This document shows positions 9,540-18,100 of a DNA stretch of 64,000 bases, one piece after another. Where the stretch lies: positions 1 to 64,000 of IMG/VR virus record IMGVR_UViG_3300045988_098461; one strand, 5' to 3'. Each line of letters begins with the position of its first letter. Within the stretch, counting starts at the first letter, position 1. Under the pieces are notes generated by a model. It was not told where the DNA came from, made no database searches, and saw only the letters and a program-made list of their open reading frames with translations. The position numbers and the translations under genes are program-made. Source of the DNA: a virus.

Positions 9540-10033
9540 TTCCTGCCTCCTTTCTTAGTTTCTGTTTGCCCGCTTCTGATAGCGAGATATTCCTCCCAAG
9601 TCTTGCCTGGATAGTTCTTGATGAAGTCAGCGACCAAGGCATTCTGCTGTTCCGTCTCTCTAGCCATTTCCTTCTTTAGCTTCTGCACTACGGAGAGATG
9701 ATGCTTCAAAGCGTCCTTGCCTTGCTCAGTTGCCTCGATGCGAGGGCGTATGATGCGAAGTTCCTCATCTTGCACTAGCTTGGAGACGTATTGCAAGCTC
9801 TCAACATACTCCTTGTCTTGCATAAGGTACTGCTTCTGTGCATCGGTAAAGCTATCCTCTATCTTGTCTATCTCATCAAAGAGTGGGGTAGAAGACTGCT
9901 GCGCTTGCATATTGATAGATGCTCGCTTCTGCTGTATTGCCTCGTACATCTTCTGTAGTTCGGCATCCATCATCTGCGGTTGCTGCTGATTTGTGCCCAT
10001 ATCCAATAATGGGCTGTTACCAAAATTCATCAT
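9536..10033 (-). CDS. hypothetical Q-rich protein
   Basis: Start moved to ATG 10033 (MMNFGNS...). Coiled-coil-like. Confidence 0.45.
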   Translation of the reverse strand: MMNFGNSPLLDMGTNQQQPQMMDAELQKMYEAIQQKRASINMQAQQSSTPLFDEIDKIEDSFTDAQKQYLMQDKEYVESLQYVSKLVQDEELRIIRPRIEATEQGKDALKHHLSVVQKLKKEMARETEQQNALVADFIKNYPGKTWEEYLAIRSGQTETKKGGRK

Positions 10034-10157
10034 AACAATCAATTTCTTTAAAGTTGGTGATATATTATAGAGAGGTGAGAGGGCATCCACCAACGAGGGC
10101 AAACACCCCTCACCAACTCATTTTTTCTTAGTCTTTTTTACGGACTTTCTTGCTCTG

Positions 10158-10883
10158 TTACGCTCCTGTAGTGGGCGTGGAAGGAGCAGTGCTGTTACAG
10201 CAATAGCTTCCGTAGCCTGAAATTACTGGCGTAGATGGGAGTACCAACTGACCACGCAAGCAATTGCAGGTCTTCTCGTTAACGTAAGCCATCATAAGCT
10301 TCTCCTTGTAAGGAGTGAGGGCTTCCATAACGGCTACCTTCTTGTCGAGGTCGCTATACTTAGCCTGTAGTGCGTCATACTGGTCTCTCTGATTCTTGTA
10401 CAAACCAAAGTCTGCATCAATCTGAGACTTGTAAAGACCGAACTCAGCCTGCATTGCACGGCGGTTCTCAGCGTTGATAGCATCGTTAGCACCCTTATAC
10501 ATAGAGAACTTCTCTGCGATGTCAGTTTCACGCATAGCGTAGAACTTGTTAGCGGTGTCGAGCTTCAAACCGAACATGTCGGTAAGCAGCTTAACCTCAT
10601 CAGCGCATTCCTTCTCCATTACCTGCAAGGCAGTTGGCTGATTAGCATTCGCATTTGCGCCATAACCGTAAGCGTTGATGTTAACGTTCTCAGGCATATT
10701 GCCGCCGAGTGAACCAAACACACTGCGATTACCGCCAAACAGCCAAGCACCAAGACCGAGTGCAGTGCCTGCTATTCCTAAGCCCAAGCCTGTACCTGCG
10801 ATACCTTTAGAAGCATACTCATCGTGCTTCTTTCCCTCTTCGTAGATTTTCTTCTCTACGACCTTTGCATCTGTCATTTCCAT
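10158..10883 (-). CDS. glycine-zipper membrane protein with Cys-rich C-terminus
   Basis: GIAGTGLGLGIAGTALGLGAWLFGG glycine-zipper TM, central coiled coil, C-terminal CNCLRGQ...SYCCNS. Confidence 0.5.
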   Translation of the reverse strand: MEMTDAKVVEKKIYEEGKKHDEYASKGIAGTGLGLGIAGTALGLGAWLFGGNRSVFGSLGGNMPENVNINAYGYGANANANQPTALQVMEKECADEVKLLTDMFGLKLDTANKFYAMRETDIAEKFSMYKGANDAINAENRRAMQAEFGLYKSQIDADFGLYKNQRDQYDALQAKYSDLDKKVAVMEALTPYKEKLMMAYVNEKTCNCLRGQLVLPSTPVISGYGSYCCNSTAPSTPTTGA

Positions 10884-10940
10884 AATACAATCTTTTGAAA
10901 TCCTTAATATTAACTAACACTATGTAATCGATTACGGATG

Positions 10941-10948
10941 CAAAGGTA
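10941..10948 (-). promoter_or_regulatory. -7 box (TACCTTTG) for the 10883-8589 operon
   Basis: Reverse complement TACCTTTG upstream of ATG 10883. Confidence 0.5.
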
Positions 10949-11204
10949 CAAAGAACATAGAAGAGCAAATATAACTCTATCACACTTTCTTTTAGTGGTT
11001 GATTATCAATGATTTAAGCTGATAGTAGGTGGTATCATATATTGTTATGTATAATTTAAGGCAAAAAGTGCGTATATTTTTCGGGGAAATATGTGTGTTT
11101 TTGTCTATTATATTGCACCAAATAAAAAAGAGAGGCAATCACTTACCTCTCTTACTCAACTTGTAAGGAACACTTACATGTTCAACTATTAGGATAGAAG
11201 TAGA

Positions 11205-11296
11205 AACAAAAATCCCCTATACCACGCCAATAGTATAGGGGAAATATCACATTCCTGCTCGGAAATGCGATGCTCAAATATGCGATGCTCAAAAAG
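11205..11296 (-). ncRNA. candidate ~90-nt sRNA (promoter to intrinsic terminator)
   Basis: Minus-strand TATCTTTG box at 11302-11309, a tandem 15-nt repeat, then hairpin CCCCTATA...TATAGGGG (11241-11214) followed by ATTTTTG. Confidence 0.3.
11264..11293. repeat. tandem direct repeat, 2 x 15 nt (xATGCGATGCTCAAA)
   Basis: AATGCGATGCTCAAA / TATGCGATGCTCAAA are directly adjacent. Confidence 0.85.
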
Positions 11297-11343
11297 CATT
11301 GCAAAGATAGACAATAATTCCGAAACCACCAAATTTTTCATCA

Positions 11344-11541
11344 TTAATTTGTTAGATACAGATACAATCCTTCCACGAACCACATTATCAATATCATAGT
11401 TGATGATGTCACCCAAGCCATGAAGAACTTATCTATCGTTTTATACTTATAGGAAAGGTACAGGTAAGCAATAAACGTGCTGTTGATTATTACCAGTATC
11501 GCTACTATAATCAAAGTACAAAACATATAATCCATACTCAT
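11344..11541 (-). CDS. small 2-TM membrane protein (hypothetical)
   Basis: 65-aa hydrophobic ORF downstream of the HTH gene. Confidence 0.35.
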   Translation of the reverse strand: MSMDYMFCTLIIVAILVIINSTFIAYLYLSYKYKTIDKFFMAWVTSSTMILIMWFVEGLYLYLTN

Positions 11542-11580
11542 ATATGCTCGCTTATCCGTGCTGCGATAGGGCTTAATTGA

Positions 11581-11925
11581 TTATGATTTTCTCTTACTCT
11601 TAATGAAGTGAAGAATATCCCACTTCTTAAAATATCGGGTGTGTCCTCGTTTTTTGCACACGCCATTCGGAATGTCGCCCCTTGCAACCATCCTGTTAAG
11701 GGTAGCATCAGAAACGTGCAGTTTCTCCTTGACTTCCTCGGTAGATAGCATCGGGTTGAGAGCATACGGCAGATAGTTCTCACAAAGGTCTTCTATCTCA
11801 TCGCTACTCATTCCGCAAGCAGTTACCTTCTCCCCTCTCTTCTCTTGCTCGTCTGCTCGAAAACAAGAATCCGATAACGATTTTAATAACACTCCCAAGG
11901 TGTGATAACCAAATAACTTTCCCAT
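11581..11925 (-). CDS. HTH DNA-binding protein (excisionase-like HTH at C-terminus)
   Basis: KLHVSDATLNRMVARGDIPNGVCKKRGHTRYFKKWDILHF. Confidence 0.55.
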   Translation of the reverse strand: MGKLFGYHTLGVLLKSLSDSCFRADEQEKRGEKVTACGMSSDEIEDLCENYLPYALNPMLSTEEVKEKLHVSDATLNRMVARGDIPNGVCKKRGHTRYFKKWDILHFIKSKRKS

Positions 11926-11929
11926 ATCA

Positions 11930-12481
11930 TTATAATCTAGAGATTAAACTTTGACAGCCCTTGCCTGAGAAATACTTATCGGCAAAACCATATATATAAA
12001 ATATAATGGTCATTACAAGTATTACAACATTAGCTTCCACCATTTCGTTGGTAGTAAAAACATTCCAGTATACGATATGAATAGCATTTATCCCAAATAG
12101 GTAGATGATCATCGGAATACGCCATCTGTAGCAGAGCCAAAAGAATCTGCTCGCAATTATAAGCACAAGCGGATGGATGTAAACGGAAAAATAGATAAAT
12201 GCTGCCGATACCCAATTCTCCTTAAACCATACGCACATTTCTTTTTCATGAGACGCAAATGTTACCATGCATGCAATATGAAAAAGCATGATAAACAGAG
12301 GCATCACTTCACAATAATACTTAAACCAAGTGAGTAGCTTTATGCTGTAGCCTCTACCTGCAAGGATAATGACGTTTATCATTTCGCTAACGTCCATGTC
12401 CTTAAACATTACTCTTGACAACTGTACAACACCGACTGATTGAACTAACCGATGGACTTCATCTTCTTCCTCTTTAGTCAT
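11930..12481 (-). CDS. multi-pass membrane protein (hypothetical)
   Basis: 183 aa with at least 4 hydrophobic segments. Own promoter box at 12521-12528 (reverse complement TATCTTTG). Confidence 0.55.
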   Translation of the reverse strand: MTKEEEDEVHRLVQSVGVVQLSRVMFKDMDVSEMINVIILAGRGYSIKLLTWFKYYCEVMPLFIMLFHIACMVTFASHEKEMCVWFKENWVSAAFIYFSVYIHPLVLIIASRFFWLCYRWRIPMIIYLFGINAIHIVYWNVFTTNEMVEANVVILVMTIIFYIYGFADKYFSGKGCQSLISRL

Positions 12482-12617
12482 AAGCTATTATATTTTAGTT
12501 GATTTAAAAGATTGATGCCGCAAAGATACGCATTTTTAAAAGTAAGAAGTCGGCTTTAGGTTAATTTTTGTGTTAAACTTTATAAAATGTAACAATCTGA
12601 AAGTAGATGGCTACAAA

Positions 12618-12659
12618 AATAGCGTTAGAACGGCTTTCTTGCCAAATTCTAACGCTATT
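12618..12659 (-). terminator. intrinsic terminator
   Basis: 13-bp stem AATAGCGTTAGAA / TTCTAACGCTATT followed (minus sense) by TTTTTG. Confidence 0.65.
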
Positions 12660-12677
12660 ATTATATCTACACTGGTA

Positions 12678-13142
12678 TTATCCTATCACAACATCAAGGG
12701 TCTCCATATCAGCGAACTTCAAGCCGCAATCTTTCGCTGCCTTGAACAGCTCCTTCTCGTCAACGTCCTCGATGGCTACCTCTACCTCGGCATTGGCAAG
12801 GTCTGAGAAGTACTTCTCGGTCTTCTGCTTCTGATTGAAGAAGTACTCATTGACCTCAGCGAACTTGGCTGAATCGTCCTTGGTGTATTCGTAGCCCTCA
12901 TCGGCGTGCTTCTGTTCCAACTGCTGGCACTCCTGAAGCTTGTGCTGCATCTCCTCGAACTTATCGTCCTTCAGGCTCTCCTGCGCTTCCTTCACATCCT
13001 TGTCGTAAGTGTCGGCTACTTGGCGCAGTGCCTTCATGTTCTTCCAAACTCGCATAGCGGCATCATCACTCATTGATGATGTCTTCAATGCCTTCAATGT
13101 TCTGTAGGCATCAACTGCCTCAATTGTCTTAATCTTTTTCAT
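12678..13142 (-). CDS. hypothetical acidic coiled-coil protein
   Basis: 154-aa ORF. Promoter box at 13220-13227 (reverse complement TAACTTTG). Confidence 0.5.
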   Translation of the reverse strand: MKKIKTIEAVDAYRTLKALKTSSMSDDAAMRVWKNMKALRQVADTYDKDVKEAQESLKDDKFEEMQHKLQECQQLEQKHADEGYEYTKDDSAKFAEVNEYFFNQKQKTEKYFSDLANAEVEVAIEDVDEKELFKAAKDCGLKFADMETLDVVIG

Positions 13143-13394
13143 AATTGTTTCTTTATTTTTATGTTATACAATATTCTTCGCCAGATTGCCATAGCAGAAT
13201 ACCTTTCCTATTAACAGTGCAAAGTTAAGAAAATAATTCCGAATAACAATGCAGGAGGAGCAAAATTTACGAATTTTAAAAACAGCTTCCCCACGTTGGA
13301 TAATCACTAGGACGTAATGTGTCTGCTTTCTCGGTGAGAACGTAAACCACAAATACATTTCTAGCATATTTGTTATATTAAGAACATCTGCTTT

Positions 13395-14681
13395 TTAATG
13401 CATAATATAACTACCACCTGGAGGAACTTGTTTCCATCCACCATCTATATTAATTTCAAAAGATAATTGACACATTTGTCCATAATAACCTCCTTCATAA
13501 ACATTATCAAATCTTATATATATATCAACATAATCTGTTCTATCACCTTCAGGAATAGTTACAGAACCTGTAATTTGACCAGAGCTATTAGATACATAAC
13601 CTCTTCCGTATGTTGTCTTATTGTTACCATAAGCACAAACACTTCTAAATATACCATCAGTAATTGTAATTGTAGCATCAGGAAGTTTATATATTCTAGC
13701 TTTACAAATACAACTAGCACCAACTAATTCTCTCAACGATGAGAAATCAACAAAACCACTAGAACCACTTTTAATACTTTCCATATTAATTTGTCTAGGA
13801 TAATATTTAAAAGTAATAGCACCCGGAAGAGATATAAAAATTATTTTTGTATTATCATATAAAGTTGCATTACGAGTATATGCTAAAAAAGGCACAATAT
13901 CAATAAACTTATCTCCACTGCCTATATCAAAAGTTATTTCTTTACTAGCGTATACAAAATCTGTTGGTTTTTTGCAATTACCGACATAATAATTTTTATA
14001 AATCTTATCATTAACATTATATGGTGAATCATAACGAATTTGAATCCAAAAAGACCAACCTAAAGATAAATCAGGTATTATATCATCCATAGTAACATTT
14101 GTATTATAATCCGCATTTGTTTTCTTATATAGAATACAATTAAATTTAGGAGTTGAAGAATAATAAATTTCAACGGTATGAAATTGAGGAATAGAAGTCA
14201 GAAATACATTACTTATTGCTTTACTACTATAGTTTCTAAAATCACTTAATCTATAAGGAGAATTAGCACCACCTTTTGGAAAATGTTTTCCTGATACCAT
14301 TGTACTTGTGTTATCACTAATATAACCATTATTACCATATACATTATCTTTATAAAGGTTGTTACAAGCTTTAATTGCAAAACCTTCTCCTCCATAATTA
14401 TAACGTAAGTTATAATAAGTGTCCATAGGTATATTCATACCACAACGAACAACACAAGTGTAGTTACTATATGAAGATGTTACTATTTCCTCAGAGTCTT
14501 CTCTAATAGGATATTCTTTAAATTCACCTTTACAACTAATAGGTTTATACTTACTCCATATATTTATATTTTCACTCTTACAAAGAGTAGCAAGGTCATT
14601 GCTACTCTCTCCAAGAGCTCGTTTAACATCATCAATGCTAACAGGAGCACTAATAATTCCAGTTTCACTATTGTAAGGCAT
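13395..14681 (-). CDS. hypothetical N/Y-rich protein in an AT-rich cassette (possible receptor-binding or tail accessory protein)
   Basis: Start moved to ATG 14681 (MPYNSETG...). Visibly lower GC than flanking tail genes. Located distal to the tail fibre. Confidence 0.55.
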   Translation of the reverse strand: MPYNSETGIISAPVSIDDVKRALGESSNDLATLCKSENINIWSKYKPISCKGEFKEYPIREDSEEIVTSSYSNYTCVVRCGMNIPMDTYYNLRYNYGGEGFAIKACNNLYKDNVYGNNGYISDNTSTMVSGKHFPKGGANSPYRLSDFRNYSSKAISNVFLTSIPQFHTVEIYYSSTPKFNCILYKKTNADYNTNVTMDDIIPDLSLGWSFWIQIRYDSPYNVNDKIYKNYYVGNCKKPTDFVYASKEITFDIGSGDKFIDIVPFLAYTRNATLYDNTKIIFISLPGAITFKYYPRQINMESIKSGSSGFVDFSSLRELVGASCICKARIYKLPDATITITDGIFRSVCAYGNNKTTYGRGYVSNSSGQITGSVTIPEGDRTDYVDIYIRFDNVYEGGYYGQMCQLSFEINIDGGWKQVPPGGSYIMH

Positions 14682-14874
14682 AATCTTTATTTTTTTAATA
14701 TTCAACTTTAGTTTCTAATTCTGTTACAACTTCTTTAGTAACAACTCGCTCTACTGTTACATTGAACACTTTCGCAAGCTATAATATAAATCGTTCCATA
14801 CGCTAATCTTTAGAACTTAAAACACTAGGCAAGGCAGCTCTATAAGAGCCACCCTGCGTTAATGCTCACGATAC

Positions 14875-15180
14875 TTACTCTGCTGCCTCGCTTGCCATAT
14901 TAGCGGCGATAGCGGAATTGACCTCCTTAATCAATGCTGATACCTCACTGAGCTTGCTCTGAGGGATGCCGCTGATGTTGTAGGTCAGCTCGCTGCCGTT
15001 GTAGCTAGCGTTCGCATTGCCGAGATAATTACCATTTGGGTCACCATAGATACTCATATTGATGCTCTCGATGTTGCCACCCGTCTTGTCAACATTGTAG
15101 GTGATTTCTACTCGATTGCCGCCCTTGGTATAAGTGGCGGTTGTCTGTTCACTCTTCTTGTTAATCTTTAAATTCTCCAT
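14875..15180 (-). CDS. hypothetical small protein downstream of the tail fibre
   Basis: 101-aa ORF, 8 nt after the fibre stop. Confidence 0.5.
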   Translation of the reverse strand: MENLKINKKSEQTTATYTKGGNRVEITYNVDKTGGNIESINMSIYGDPNGNYLGNANASYNGSELTYNISGIPQSKLSEVSALIKEVNSAIAANMASEAAE

Positions 15181-15188
15181 TTTCTTAA

Positions 15189-18100
15189 CTAATTTAATGA
15201 ATTAATATTCTTGTTATCTAATCTCTTCTTGTTGCAGTCTTCCTTATCTCCACTCAATCGCTGAACCTCTGATTCAAGGAAGACCACCCGAGCCTTCAAC
15301 CTGCTGACCTCATCGCCCACCTGCTCGATAGCACCGAATGCCGTTGCAATCAGCTTCGGAGACCAGTAGTTAATCTTGTAGTAGCCCTTCTCGTCCGTCT
15401 CCACGATGTCCTTTAAGTGAGGGTTGCACAAGACGTGCTGGGCAATCCAACCGATAGACCTTGTGTTGTCCTTCTTCCAAGCGAAGCCATAAGTGCCACC
15501 CATCGCCTTGATGATACCCAAGTAGTCCAGCTTGCGCAAATCCTGCTTCAAGCGGATGTCTGAAGATTGATAAGCTGTAACTCCACCTTTAGCAAGAATG
15601 CTATTAGGGAAGTAAGTATTCATATTATAATCGAAATTATATATATGACCTGTATGCCCCATAAATCTATCAGTAGGAAATGAATACTTAGTAAAAGAAA
15701 ATATTCGTATTTTATTTATTACAGCATTACGTAAAGCAGTAGTCTTTTGGTCATGTTTAAATTTAAATCTAATATATCTGTTACTATTACTTCCTAAATC
15801 ATAACCAGCATTACCATTAGGTAATAGATATATATAATTAATTTGATTCCATCCAGTAATATGTTTAGTATAAGTTCCAACTACAGCACCACTATTGTTT
15901 AGTGTTTCTATAGTACAAATAGTATCAATACCAGATGATATATCAACACTAGCAAAATAAACTTGAGAATAACAATTATTAGATATTTCAAAAGTAACCA
16001 TTAATTCATTCTTTTTTACTTGAGCTAACTTCTCAGCATCATTATTACCAGTGATAACATTATAACCTAAATAAATCTGATTTAAACCTGCATTACTAGC
16101 ATACATATTAAATTTCGCATCATTGCTCATAGGATAATTAGTCCAACTATTACCGCTATCGTTAGAATATTGTACAGTTACTTGATTAATTTGTATACTA
16201 TCAGTAATAGCAGTAATTCCAGAGCATAAAGCATCAGCTGAAACATAACAACTAGTTCCTTTATTATTAAATTCATAATTTGCAGGTAGTATACCTTTAT
16301 TAGATATTAATCCAGTAACTGATAAATTACCATTGATAGTAGCATCACCATTAATAGTAGCACCAGTTAAACCAATATTATTAAAATGAGCATTACCGTT
16401 TTGATATATATACCAATAATTAGAACCGTTATGACTACATATATTTTGAACTTTCACCCAATTACTATTATTAGCATTACCTAAATATAAATCACCACCA
16501 CTACCTCCAATTCTAGCTCCACTATCAGGAGTTATAGTTTTAATACCTGGAAATTTAAGTGTACCATTACTTTGTGCACTATTAGCAGTAAACACAGATT
16601 TATCAGCTATACCAAGATAAATAGTTTTATTAGAATGAGTATATTTAAGTCCAGCCCATTGATTCCAATCCCAGTTTGTCTCGCCAAAGCGAATAGCCGC
16701 ACCTGTGTTGAAAATAACTTGCGCATCAATGGCACTAATAGGAGTTAACTTGTTGCCAATCTTAAGCGCACCATTCTGCAAGGTGGTACTGATGGTGTTG
16801 CTTGCGCTGATGGTGGTCGCACCGCTCAAAGCACCGCTCACGTTAGCCGTTCCGTTGAACGACTGTCCCCAGATGGTTCTTGCCGTTACAAGTTTGTCTG
16901 CTTGATTCACGATGCCAATTCTCGTAGCACCATCAAGCAAGGTGTAAGGGCTATCCCCTGTGGTTGCTGGCAAGCTTTGAGCCGCAGAGAACGATATATT
17001 TGTCACCAAAGTTCCTTGGCTTGTGAAATCGGCAGACGTGCGTCCTGTCTTCTTGATGATTGTGTAAGACAGACTTCCATATTGATGTTGGCAATTTCCC
17101 CAAAGTTGAACATTACCAGTTGCATTGTTGTAGTACACACGCAACCTTGAAGACATGTTTCCAACCAACTCACGCAAGGATATGATAAAGTTGTATGCCC
17201 CAGAGTCCTTCGCTCCATTCTGACGGATTCTCAACACGACAACCGAAAAGGTATCGTTATATCCGTTGGAGAAGAGGAACGTGAAATTTCTATCATCATA
17301 TTGGTTGCCTGTGACGGTAATGTCAAACAACTTCGCCCAATAGTGGGAAAGGCTTGCGGTGTTGCTGTTTACCGCTCCCGACCATACGATGTTGTTTTTG
17401 TGCCAACCATCGAGCAAATCCGCATTGAGGTTTGTCCATTGTGCGGTAGTCGAAGCTATGTGATTCAAGCCGTTGTAACCGAATTGCATACCTCCCTTGC
17501 CGAACTTCACCATTCCTGCGTTGTTGTTGCCAACGCCCATCAAGCCGATAGTGTTGCCAAAGTTACAATCACCAATGTAGCAATCATCGCCAATGCGCAA
17601 TCCATTGTAAGCACCATTCAATGCGCTAGCTTCAATCTTAAGCTGACCTGTGAGCGTTCCACCTGTCAAAGGCAAGTACTTTGCGGCGATGGTATCCACC
17701 TGTGACTTCGTATAAGCATCAGTAATGCCATACCCACTTATCGTTGTCGGCTTGCTTGTGAGTTCTGAGAAGGCAAGGCTGTTCTTGATTGCAAACGAGC
17801 CGAAAGCACCCTTGTTGCAATAGGCGAGGTTTGAACTAGTGCCACTATATGCTCCGTTCCAGTAAGCTATGAAGCTCATGTCAGGAATGATGTTGCCATC
17901 GATCGATGCGTTAGTCCATCCCGAAGTGCCCACCGCAGAAAGGCTCTTCTTCGTGTAGCTCTTGGTGTAGGTGATGGCTGTTCCACTGGTGGATATGCCA
18001 GTCACGAACACATTGCTTCCACTTGGCTGAGTAACCGAGCGCAAGCCATCCGTAATGCCAAATCCCGACAAAGTGGTTGGCTTGTTGGTGATATAGCTCC

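Noticed and set aside
11189-11416. Track ORF encoding …FEHRIFEHRI…
   Set aside because: It spans a promoter box and a terminator hairpin, and its repeat is simply the translated 15-nt tandem DNA repeat. It is better explained as noncoding (candidate sRNA).
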